Part shown: piece by piece, positions 43,330-55,892 of the stretch
How the letters are laid out: every line of letters begins with the position of its first letter
Numbering within the stretch: the first letter of the stretch is position 1
Origin: Octopus vulgaris
Lineage: Eukaryota
Direction of reading: 5' to 3'
Length of the DNA stretch: 64,000 nucleotides
Assembly: GCA_951406725.2 (NCBI GenBank)
Contig: OX597835.1
Span: 30,504,001 to 30,568,000 of the forward strand
Notes under the pieces: generated by a model
Seen by the model: only the letters and a program-made list of their open reading frames with translations
What the model was told of the DNA's origin: nothing
Databases searched by the model: none
Position numbers and translations under genes: made by a program

Positions 43330-44450
43330 AACATCGTATTCGATAATGCATATATTTAACAACAATGAATTCTTGAAAGATAAAGTTGAGAAAATATCGC
43401 AATGGTGCAGAATAATGTGAAGACTGAACGAAAATATTGAAGCAACGATAAATAGTGGGCTCTACAGGAATGATGGTTTAATGATTTCCACGTGAACTGC
43501 AAAATAACCCAGCTAGCTTAAAATTGTATGCCGTGCCATGATAAGCCTAAGCCCCGATTCCTACGAACTCTGTATAAAACATAAAAGTTACATTTTCGTA
43601 AACATTCAGATTCTAAACATCTGCAAAATACTATTCGGCAATTATTCATTACAATAAAAAGAAAAATCTAGATGCAAATCTATCGAGATAAAACATGTTT
43701 TGACAGACAGAGCCAAGGTCAAATATAACTACACATTTACTGTAGTCACTTCAAAATAGAGTAACATATAATACACCAACTGAAAACCATAACAAAATAC
43801 TACACATGAGGGAGAGCAGTATGATCTAGTTTAATCCACCTTTTAGGAAATCTGTCGCAACAAGACTGGCAAAACAATTGCTCTACCTGATGAAGAAATT
43901 TAAAATAATATTCAATACGAACAATACAAAATACTATGATTCTACAACTTTTGTGTAAGGGAAACAATTTCGTAGCATAACAATAGTCTTTTGGCGCAAA
44001 AGACAAGATATCTGTAGTTTTCAAAATTCTTAATCGTGTCGTTAGAATAATTCGTATGCGAGCAACTGTGATGTACATGTGAAACAGGATGTGGAGTGTC
44101 TTAGACGATCCTTATATGAATATCTTTTAAAAGAAGAATATAGAACCACATAAATTCTTTCAAATACAAATGGGTTTTTAATCGTCTGGAAGAACACGAA
44201 AAGCTTATAATGTTGAAATGAGCGTCATTCATAAGGTAACTCAACGAACCAGTGCACTGTAAGTTTACCGGAAAATATGTTAGAGAACAAGAGAACGCTA
44301 CACCAAAAGTAAGCAGAAAATAAACTTTGACACTCCATAATATTTTAGTTGTTGCATTTCAAGAGATGATGCAAAGCATATAAAACGAAGTTTCAAGCGA
44401 AACGCAAAAATTTGCATTTTGTGCTGTATCTCCCACTATAGAGAGTTTTG
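43330..44450 (+). mobile_element. Highly decayed Penelope-like element
   Basis: GLYRNDGL (PLE RT YRDD motif, ~43458-43481), I*FNPPFRKSVAT (~43823) and FKRRI*NHINSFK (~44126). Confidence 0.7.
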
Positions 44451-44682
44451 AAGTTCACTGTCTTCATTCTTGTATACAAACCATCGAGAATCCAAGACGC
44501 GCAGGAAAGATACGCGAACAAAAGAGAAAAAAAAAAGTATGATCTATTACCTTCTCTCTAAGGTGTATATTGGTGCTTTACACGAATGGAAATCTGGTGA
44601 TTGGAAAACAGACACACAGACACACACATGGAAAAAAGTATTTGTACGTATGTAGATGTATATGAATATATATATATACATG

Positions 44683-44716
<34 letters not shown>

Positions 44717-44832
44717 CATATATATACGTATGAACATAGATGTATATATATATATATATATATACATGTGTGAGTGTGTGAGTGTGTGAGATGCATATCT
44801 ATCTATGTATGCACAAGCGAATGCTCGCACAA

Positions 44833-44863
<31 letters not shown>

Positions 44864-45029
44864 TATATATATGTATATATGTATATGTGTATCCATTTCT
44901 CATTTTTTCTCTTTTTGGAAATGAAGTAACGATTACTGTTAGCTGGAGTAGATTATGTAGTTGCTGGTGTTTGCTACTAGTGTTGTTGTTGTTGTTTTGA
45001 TTTTGATGATGATGATGATGACGACAACT

Positions 45030-45068
<39 letters not shown>

Positions 45069-45521
45069 TTAGAACACGTCTTAAATGAACCGCTGTCATG
45101 TTTACACCGGAGTAAATGAGTCAATAAAATGCATTACAAACACATGTGAAACACCCTCTTTCCTTACTTTCACCACACACGAACGCACACACACACACAA
45201 TACACACACACACACACACACACACAATACACACACACACACGCGCAATACACACACACACACGCACACATACACACACACAGGACATGTACACACGGAA
45301 TAGAAATACATATAAGCATAGTTACAATTATCTCCATACATACACATACACACACACTAACACACGCACACACACGCACACGCACATACATATTTCCACC
45401 CTTTTCTGTCTCTATTCACGACTTCACTTCTTTCACCCGCTTCTCACTAAGCTTTACCAAAGCTGTTAACACTGTTAAAATGTTTTACGTAAGCACACAC
45501 ACACACATTATATATACACAT

Positions 45522-45579
<58 letters not shown>

Positions 45580-45717
45580 TACAAGTAGGAATATGCGCGA
45601 GAGGTTGGACGGATTGTTTGATGTCAAAATGACAAACAGGAAGGAGTGTATATACTTATTCATACATACATATATACATACATGTATGTCATGTATATAT
45701 ATATATGTATGTATGTC

Positions 45718-45780
<63 letters not shown>

Positions 45781-45971
45781 CATGTATAAATATACATATA
45801 TACATGCAAGGAGTCGAGTATGGTGGATAGATGACTCGCTCGACTGAGATCTAAGATGGCGGAATCACTTGAGTTAATAACCATTAGGGCTTCACAACAC
45901 CAACAGTTTCACAGCTCATTGATGATAATTAAGAGGATCACCCCCACGGAGAAAAAAAAACCTAGTGAAGG

Positions 45972-46010
<39 letters not shown>

Positions 46011-46292
46011 GGTGTGGCTATGAGAATGTGTGTTCGTGTGTGCGTATATATGTGCATATATATGGTATGTGCGTATGTATGTGTGCGTATATATGGTTAT
46101 ATGTTAATGTTTGACGTTGAATTATGTAGCTTGCTTAGATCTATGTGAGTGTTTTTCTGTGTGTATGTGTGTATGTGTGTCTATGTGTGTATCTATGTGT
46201 GTGTTAGTCTGTGTGAGTGTGTGTGTTTATGTCTTTCTACATACGTATGTCATCTTCATTCGATGTACAAGTGTGTATATGCTTGCATATTG

Positions 46293-46359
<67 letters not shown>

Positions 46360-46879
46360 TGTGTCTGTGTCTGTGTCTGTGTGTGTTGTATGTGCGTATA
46401 TGGTGTGTATGTATATATATATGTGCGTGTGTGTGAGTGTGTGTCTGTGTGTGTGTGTGAATATATTTACAAACATATGTTTATACTTGTAGATATATAT
46501 ATATATATATATATATAAGTATGAATGTACGATGTGCTTGTATGTGTGCGTGAATGTGTGTGTGCGTGTGTGTGTGTGTGTATGCGTGTGTGTGTGCATC
46601 TGTATGTGTGTGTGTATGTGTGTGTTTACACATGTGTTCTAACGTAATGTAATCGCCTTTTGAACATTTTCAGGGCAGGAACAGATTCGTACCATTTTTT
46701 TAAACTCCTGTTATTGTCATATTAGCTTGTAGACTCATTACATTTCATTGTTTTCGCTGCTCCCGCCGCTGTTCTCCTACTTGGTGCTGCTGCTGTTGTT
46801 ATTATTAATATTCTTGTTGTTGTTACTGTTACTCTCGTTGTTATATGGTATTATATTACTATTGCTGCTTCAGTCGCAT

Positions 46880-46912
<33 letters not shown>

Positions 46913-46980
46913 CTGATGCTGGTCCTGTTAGTATCGCTCTTATAGTTGTTGTCGGACATGATTGTATTATTAAGGCATAT

Positions 46981-47853
46981 ACAATGTGCGATGGGTAAAT
47001 TGTCGCTATTTTACATTTTTAGTTTCGCGCATGCTCATTGTTTGTTTTTGATTTTGTCGACTACACAGTAGAGTTGGGGCAGTTGGGCATCTTCTGTGAG
47101 AAAACCAGCACCATGAAGCAATTCACTCTGCCAGAGATTTAGGAACGACATTCTATGCTGCCTGGCATTCGCGCCGGAAACTCCAATACGAAGATTTCTG
47201 AGTGTTTTGGTGTCAATCTGAGGAGAGCACAATCTCAGGACATGTACCGAGAGTGATAAAAATCAAACATCCAGTCAACATCATGGTGTTTGGAGGGATC
47301 ACTAGTGATGGTGACGTTATGCCTCCATTCATCTTCCTACACTGCTTCAGACTCAACACGGAAGCCTACATCAAGTGCCTGGGGGAGGTAGTGCTGCCCT
47401 GGGTGAAGAGAGTGGGTACAGGAAGACACTATGTCTTGCAACAGGACTCTGCACAGTGCCACACAAGGAGGAGAACATAGTCATGGCTATCAGACAATTT
47501 CAGCGAGCTCATCACCCCTAACATCTTGCCGCCTAGCTCCCCAGAATCAACTTATTATGTGTGGGGCGCAGTTGAGCGACAGAACAACAAAACACCTTGT
47601 AACACCAAAGATGAACTGAAGGCAAGGATTATGGCAGCATTGACCAACTTCAACATGGAGACCGCCTAGAAAAGTTGCAGAAGATTCCAAAGTCGTCTGG
47701 AGGCTGTTGTTGAAGCTAATGGCGATGTTAATGAATAAATTTAGTATTTAGTATTTCAAGAAATATTTATGTAATTTTGGTAAATATATTGTTAAAATGA
47801 GACGTCAATGTTATTTTCATTTTTCTGTAATTTAGACGATAATATATTCAGCA

Positions 47854-47857
<4 letters not shown>
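46981..47857 (+). mobile_element. Tc1/mariner (maT/DD37D-like) DNA transposon remnant with degenerate TIRs
   Basis: KHPVNIMVFGGITSDG..PPFIF...YIKCLGEVVLPW...YVLQQDSAQCHT...*SWLSDNF...PPSSP. Left end gtgcgatgggtaaattgtcgctattttaca resembles the reverse complement of right end tgtaatttagacgataatatattcagcac. Confidence 0.85.
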
Positions 47858-47915
<58 letters not shown>

Positions 47916-47938
47916 ATATATATATATATGTGTGTGTG

Positions 47939-47982
<44 letters not shown>

Positions 47983-48011
47983 AAAAAGGAGATGTGGAAC
48001 ACGAGTTGTGA

Positions 48012-48505
48012 TATATAAAAAAAGGAAATGAAGAAAATGCTGACAAAATAATTTAAGTAAGGGAGAGTGTATTTAATTAGGTGAAAGTTCTTTTTTAAAC
48101 AAAAAAAGAGAAAAATTGGGTTAGAATACAATGTTCATTTTTTGTGAATGATTTCAGTGTATAAGAAAAAAGTAAGAGTCTTTTACATTGTTCTGTTTCA
48201 GAATAAGATATTTAGTAAAAGCGTGTAATATACAGTTTTTTTGTGGAAAAGTTCAATGTCAGATTTCAGTGTAGAATAAAAAAAGTAAGAGTTTACCGGT
48301 TGCGCATTTGTTATGCTTATCAAAAGATATTTTGAGTGAGATAGAGTCTGATAAGAGAAAAAAATCAATCAGAAAGGAACTCTATCTCACTTAAAATATC
48401 TTTCTAACCCAATTTTTCTCTTTTTTTTGTTTAAAAAAAGAACTTTCAACTAATTAAATACACTCTCCCTTACTTAAATTATTTTGTCAGCATTTTCTTC
48501 ATTTC

Positions 48506-48515
<10 letters not shown>
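48012..48515. repeat. Nested inverted repeat (PLE pseudo-LTR-like fold-back)
   Basis: 48012-48126 is a near-perfect reverse complement of 48402-48515. An inner IR pairs aaagatattttgagtgagatagagt with actctatctcacttaaaatatcttt. Confidence 0.85.
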
Positions 48516-48550
<35 letters not shown>

Positions 48551-48711
48551 GGGACCCAGTTGTACAGGTAATGACGATTTGATAGACGGAATGAGCATAT
48601 GTGAACACAAACATTTGATCACAATAAACAAATCATTTGTGTGGTTGTTCAGTAAGAAATTGTCTAACCCTTATACGTTGTCTAACGACGGGTGAGTCCA
48701 TTATATGTATA

Positions 48712-48849
<138 letters not shown>

Positions 48850-48879
48850 CATAGAAATATCTATGTACTCTCGCTTAAT

Positions 48880-49240
48880 GACTTTTTGAGCCAGCCACCA
48901 AGGCTTTGTCATAAGAACACTATAGAACTGCTTGAAAGACTGCCTTGGAAGTATGAAGACATGTGAATAGATAGCAAAGAATTGAGCATCGGGCAAAGGC
49001 TACTAAGCCCTCTCCGACTTGGAGACGGCTAGGATCAACAATTTCAAGGAGAAAAGATCTCATGTCCAATCTAGCGCCAGAAGTTTTTGACCACAACTAA
49101 AATACATACCACAGGATCTCCAAATCCGGAATAGGTCTGAATTCCCACATGATACAACATACCAAAAACATCGAACCAAGAGCTCTGTGCAGTTGTGCCA
49201 CGGTGAACTCGCATAAGACGGAGCGGCGGGAGAACCTAGA
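48880..49240 (+). mobile_element. Decayed RTE-clade LINE 3' end
   Basis: [12 protein letters not shown]...RISKSGIGLNSHMIQH resembles the RTE terminal KDxLK...SRIGLxSHxRxH pattern. Confidence 0.5.
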
Positions 49241-49281
49241 CAGCTAATACAGATATGTATATAGATAAATCATATTAATAC

Positions 49282-49343
<62 letters not shown>

Positions 49344-49468
49344 AGATAGATATGTATAGATAGATAGATATTAACATGTTCACATACACACATACACGCA
49401 CACACACGCACACACACACATATACACACATATATATATATATATACATATTCATAGTTGGTTAGTTT

Positions 49469-49513
<45 letters not shown>

Positions 49514-49761
49514 GGAGAGAAAGAAAAAGAGAGAGAGAGAGAGTGGAAACAGAATAGAAAAAACATTGCTAAAGTAATGACCCAGATGCAATTTTTATTC
49601 TCTCCCCTTCTAATTCTCCAGCTTCTTACCAACCCATCCTTGTCAGCCACAAACCCACGATCTTTCCCCTCCTCTCTTTTTACCTCCTTATCTCTGCCAC
49701 CCCCTACTCTTCACATACATACATACATACATATATATATATATATACATACATGCATATA

Positions 49762-49801
<40 letters not shown>

Positions 49802-50049
49802 TATATACACGTATACACACATACACATCACATTGTATAGCTATTCTATTGTAAATGATATCCTTAACATACGGTTTTAATTGTAAATTCATGAGGCGAA
49901 CCCATGATACAAACACTTATTTCTTTTTTGTGTTTTTCTTGATAGATATATCAACACATTTAGTGCGATCACGTGATTATGATTATATTATCTGTGACCA
50001 CTGCCATCAAAACACCCTGGGCATGTATGTATGTATGTATGTATGTATG

Positions 50050-50080
<31 letters not shown>

Positions 50081-50192
50081 GTATGTATGTAAGCATGCAT
50101 GTATGTATATATTTATGTATGTTTGTATGTATGTATGTCTGAACTACATATCTATCTATATACGTCCTCTGTCTCTCTATGTGTGTGTATGC

Positions 50193-50379
<187 letters not shown>

Positions 50380-50666
50380 AATCTTTCTCTCTCCGACAGC
50401 TAATTCCTGCTCTCCCTCCGTCTTTCCTCCACTTTCTTCCTTTTTTTTATCTTATTTCCTATTTCATTGAAATTTTTTCCCTCAATTTCTTTTAGAAACG
50501 GATTGGGATGAAATGGGGTATAATAACTACCCTCTTGTGACTTTTAAATGCGATAGCTGTACAACCACCCACACCCGGCATTAACATTTCAACCTATATG
50601 ATATATAAATGTATATATATCTATATATCATACATCATATATATGTAAACATACATATATATATAC

Positions 50667-50729
<63 letters not shown>

Positions 50730-50957
50730 CATAGAAATATTAAAATTACTAAGTCTCTCTAAAAGAGAACAGCGGCAGCGTTCCCGGAAAATAATAGTTA
50801 TCGCCATACTAATATGGCATTCTTATAAAAATAAGAATAAGCTGTCCGCTTATTAGCTCCATGAGGCCATCGCCTTAAGTTAGCTATTTGATACACAAAC
50901 TGTATCCATATAACCTTCGAACAAGGGAGTCAGTCGCTCCACACTACTTGACCGGCA

Positions 50958-50997
50958 GCTACAGACGCGTTTCGGGTATTGCCCCTTTCAATGCAGC
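50958..50997 (-). ncRNA. Second copy of the hammerhead ribozyme (opposite arm)
   Basis: Minus strand gctgcattgaaaggggcaatacccgaaacgcgtctgtagc; it differs from the other copy by one substitution and two homopolymer-length changes. Confidence 0.65.
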
Positions 50998-51627
50998 GTA
51001 GCCAGCCAGTAGGTGTCGCTTCCGACAATCTCTGTTCGATGGTTTTATTTACCTAGTTTCGGTGGAATACATCCACTTGTTTTCAGTAATAGAAATATTA
51101 AAATTACTAAGTCTCTCTAAAAGAGAACAGCGGCAGCGTTCCCGGAAAATAATAGTTATCGCCATACTAATATGGCATTCTTATAAAAATAAGAATAAAG
51201 CTGTCCGCTTATTAGCTCCATGAGGCCATCGCCTTAAGTTAGCTATTTGATACACAAACTGTATCCATATAACCTTCGAACAAGGGAGGTCAGTCGCTCC
51301 ACACTACTTGACCGGCAGTAGTGTGGAGCGACTGACCTCCCTTGTTCGAAGGTTATATGGATACAGTTTGTGTATCAAATAGCTAACTTAAGGCGATGGC
51401 CTCATGGAGCTAATAAGCGGACAGCTTTATTCTTATTTTTATAAGAATGCCATATTAGTATGGCGATAACTATTATTTTCCGGGAACGCTGCCGCTGTTC
51501 TCTTTTAGAGAGACTTAGTAATTTTAATATTTCTATTACTGAAAACAAGTGGATGTATTCCACCGAAACTAGGTAAATAAAACCATCGAACAGAGATTGT
51601 CGGAAGCGACACCTACTGGCTGGCTAC

Positions 51628-51669
51628 GCTACATTGAAAAGGGGCAATACCCCGAAACGCGTCTGTAGC
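51628..51669 (+). ncRNA. Minimal type I hammerhead ribozyme, U3-A8 variant
   Basis: gctaca [ttgaaaa] gggg-caata-cccc [gaaa] cgcg [tc] tgtagc: 6-bp helix I, core UUGAnAA, helix II, GAAA, palindromic helix III (ACGCGU), predicted GUC cleavage after 51663. Confidence 0.75.
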
Positions 51670-51828
51670 TGCCGGTCAAGTAGTGTGGAGCGACTGACCT
51701 CCCTTGTTCGAAGGTTATATGGATACAGTTTGTGTATCAAATAGCTAACTTAAGGCGATGGCCTCATGGAGCTAATAAGCGGACAGCTTTATTCTTATTT
51801 TTATAAGAATGCCATATTAGTATGGCGA

Positions 51829-51901
<73 letters not shown>

Positions 51902-52234
51902 AGATATATATATATACATGCATACATACACAACATATGCATAAACACACACACATATATGTATGTATGTAAGTATGCATGTATGTACGTATAGACGTCT
52001 TAACTTTCAATTGTTCTTTCATATAGTTAGTCTCCATATCATATCTCCATATCGTTGTAAGCCTAGATTATAGCGCACCCTCGTGTATACTCTACTTTAA
52101 AATGCAATTCTGTTGTACTTTCAAAAATATGTAGGCAAATATGCCGCTTACTCTCCTTCTCTCTCTCCCTCTCTCTGTCTATCTGCACACTCATATAAAT
52201 GTACATATTTTTACATACACACATACACACAAGC

Positions 52235-53320
52235 TTGTTTATTACTTGTATGTGTTGGCTACGTTGAGGCCCAAATATTTGCACGACACACTAGTCCCAC
52301 TCCCGAACTATACGGTCGTTATATTGATGAGTGTTTCGGTGTGACCTCACTCTCCCGCGAATAACTAGACTCTTTCCCCTCTATTGTCCAATCCTTCCAT
52401 CCTTTCCTTGAATTCTTCTCCACTATTTCCAGCACTTCCTCGTCTTTCTCCACATTTCTCAACATACACAATCCTGCGCTCACTACCTCCATCCACTACA
52501 AAACACCGACTCATACTCATATCTCAACTTCTCCTCCTTACACTTGACTCACACCAAGCTCCCCATCGCCTACTCCCAATTCCTCCTTCTGCGCAGGCTC
52601 TGCAGTGGAAACCATGACTTAGTCTCAACTAATCGCTCACCACTTCATCTTTCGTGGATATCCCTTCACCGCTATCCACACAGCCGTTGCCAGAGTACGT
52701 TCCGTGGACGGTACCTCTGCACTTTCTCCCTGCACCCGCACCGCTGTTGCCCGTCTCCGGGTTCCCCTCACCTACCAACCTTCCAAACTGGCTCTCCAGC
52801 GCACAATTCTCCGAGCCTTCCGGTGACTCCAGTCCGACCTCTCCATTTCGGATATATTCCTCAACCTACACCTTCCCTCTTTTAAACGAGCCCACAACCT
52901 AAGTGACCTCCTGATCCACAGTCTTCCCTAACCCCACCTCCCAACCTGGTTCATTCGCGCGGTGCCGCACTTTCCCCTGCACGACCATCATCGCAGGCAC
53001 CCATCATCGTCCCCATGCACGTCTAGGAACGTCATTTACTGCATCACCCGCTCTTCCTTCCCTTCTCTGTACATCTGTCAAACAGGACGCCGCTTGGTTG
53101 ACCGGTTCGTGGGGCACCTCCAAGACATTAGACTCGGTAATAAAACCCCAGTCTCGCGCCATTTCCGCTCCACTGGTCATTCATCACAACACCTGTCTGT
53201 GTTCGGATTGTTAGCATAGGGACCATCCGGACTCCCGCCTTCGCCGCGAACGACAATTAATCTTCTTCCTTCGCTCCTTTGCTTCATATGGGCTCAACTC
53301 CCCTCCTCTCTTCATCTGAC
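52235..53320 (+). mobile_element. Penelope-like element, 5'-truncated and frameshifted (RT + GIY-YIG)
   Basis: VGYVEAQIF...LYGRYIDECFG (RT), IHYKxTDSYSYL, KLPIAYSQFLLLRRLCS, then CTSRNVIYCITRSSFPSLYICQTGRRLVDRFVGHLQDIR...VSRHF (GIY-YIG). Confidence 0.88.
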
Positions 53321-53789
53321 ACCTACTTTCTCTCTTCATTCCAACCCACCTCCCTTCGTTGATACCTCCTCCATCCACACTCCACGCTCACACATCCCAC
53401 TCACACGTACTCCACCCATACCCTAACACCTCTACAACTCCACTCCCACATCCTCACACCAAATGCACCACATCCTCATATCCCCACCCACACACCATTA
53501 CGCAACAGCACCCCTCCACCACCACCTCACACCACTCCACACTCCATCATCTGCACACCCAAACACCATCTTCCGCACAACCACACATCATCATCCACAC
53601 ACCCACACATTACAGACAGACACACCTACACACGCACACATCTACACGTCAACGTCACTAGTCCACGTCCACACGTAGAGCCACACTCTCACATACACAC
53701 ACGCATGCGCACCTTCGTTTTGGGATCACCAGTACTTCATTTTTTCCCCATCTTCCTAGCTCTCCCGACCAAACTACCTTTTTCGAACC

Positions 53790-53990
53790 AACTACAATGT
53801 TTGATCGCTAAATCTATGAGTTTTTTTTATTCTCGCTTTATTTCCCGTGCTCTTTCCTGTCGGAGAGCGTAGGCTCGAAACGTAAAAGACTTTCTTACTT
53901 TCCTGAGTATCAGACGAATACAACTGCTTGTTGTATAAAAGACGAAGACCTATCTTCGTCTTTTGCTTTCTGTAAATTTCAACTACACGC

Positions 53991-54034
<44 letters not shown>

Positions 54035-54231
54035 CAAAATGTGACCGCGTGTGTGCCGTTGTCGATTTTTTTTTCCTCTGTCTTCCCTTTTCGGATCTTT
54101 CTTTCTCCTATGTTTCCGACGAAGAGCTCCGATCGAAACGTTAAAACCTCCTTCTTTCCTGAGCGTCCAATAATACTATATTTGTTCCACATCCTCACGT
54201 TTTTGTGTTTTTTGTGATTTCTTGTTTGGAT

Positions 54232-54237
<6 letters not shown>
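53790..54237 (+). mobile_element. Two PLE pseudo-LTR modules with degenerate hammerhead-like motifs
   Basis: tcttt..gagc-gtag-gctc-gaaacgta-aaaga (53851-53889) and gttt-ccgacga-agagctccgatc-gaaacgtt-aaaac (54112-54147). Homologues lie at 6539-6732 and 40045-40240. Confidence 0.6.
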
Positions 54238-54285
<48 letters not shown>

Positions 54286-54289
54286 CACA

Positions 54290-54430
54290 CAAACATAAAT
54301 GCAAACATACATACAAAAATACTCTGTTGTTGATGTTGAAATTCCAATGAAGGATCCTTGGATCTAGGTTAGAAACCAGCTCTTTCTCTATCTGCAACAA
54401 ATATTGAAATAAAACTGAACAATGACACGC
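54290..54430 (+). mobile_element. R4/Dong-like 3' UTR fragment
   Basis: Matches 17255-17373 (gttagaaacc.gctctttct...aaatattgaaataaaactgaa.aatgac), followed by (TACA)-like repeats. Confidence 0.7.
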
Positions 54431-54780
54431 ATGAATGCATATACATACATACATATACACATACATACATACATACATATATACCGACCTACATACATAC
54501 ATACATACAAACATACAGACATACAGACATACTGACATGCATAGCTACATACATACATAGCTGCATAGAGATATACTTCCACATATGTAGACATATGCAC
54601 ATGAATTTACACGTTCACTTATATTTACATATATATATATATAGATATATACATATGCATACTTACATATGTGGCGGAAATATGTGTGTGTGTATGTGTA
54701 TGTAGGTATGTATGTATGTATGTATGTATCTATCTATCTATCTCTCTATATATACATATACACACATGTAGATAGATAGG

Positions 54781-54817
<37 letters not shown>

Positions 54818-55331
54818 TGATAGATAGGTAGACACACACACCCACACACGCTTACACTTGTTCTTTTGCGCACACACACTTGCACACAAACACACGCGCA
54901 CTCACACTTACACACACATAAAGACACACACGCTCACACACATACACACTCTCTATTACACGCGCATATATAATTACGTAGATATTTAGCAATGGACTAG
55001 TTTTCAGTGAAATAGATACTCACGTATGGAGGGGACATAACAATGGTAACAATATGTGTGTTTGTGTGTTTGCGTGTCTATGTGTGTGTGTTTGTATGTG
55101 TGTATGTGTGTGTGTATGCGTGTGTGTGTACGTGCGTCTGTATTTATGTACGTATTGTCACGTCTCCCTCCTCCACAGCGCTGATCTTTGAAAACATATC
55201 ACTTTATCACTTTTATAAGGGAGGTAATTGTGTTAAGATGTTCGCAATGCTTCGTTTGCAGAGCAGGATTTAATGTAAGAAACACAATTCTCTTGCTTGT
55301 GTGAGTGTGTGTTTGCATGTGTGTGTGTTTG

Positions 55332-55372
<41 letters not shown>

Positions 55373-55634
55373 CTATATATGTGTATGTATATGTGGATGT
55401 GTGTGTGTACAAAGAAACGATTAGAGAGAAGGAGTTGGTGTGGTGGTAAGCTTATGGATGTAAAGTTGAAACGAAAAGGGAGAGAAGGGCTTATAACTAA
55501 AAGAAATTGGTAGCTCTGCTTAAAAAAGTCATATTTGGTGGAATGAAAGACATAAAAAAAACGTGGGATGCAAACACCGTGGAAGATAAAACTACTCTGA
55601 GAATTAACAGAGATATTAAATGCTTGAATTATAT

Positions 55635-55689
<55 letters not shown>

Positions 55690-55699
55690 TTCAACTACT

Positions 55700-55756
<57 letters not shown>

Positions 55757-55892
55757 TGTACATTAGAACACATTAAGAGGCTTCCAAATAGGAAAGCCTT
55801 GTGCTAGAAAGAGCAGTAGAAAGCTCAAACCACTAATTACGGATAAATTCTCGAAAGGATTGAAAATTAAAAACGTTTACCATCTAATTTAG

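Larger units (their letters stand above)
50731..51835. mobile_element. Hammerhead-containing 358-bp tandem repeat folded into a long palindrome (non-LTR retrozyme or PLE pseudo-LTR array)
   Basis: Direct repeat units start at 50731 and 51089. Inverted arms 50794-51308 and 51317-51835 with an 8-nt loop; flanked on both sides by (TA)n. Confidence 0.85.
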
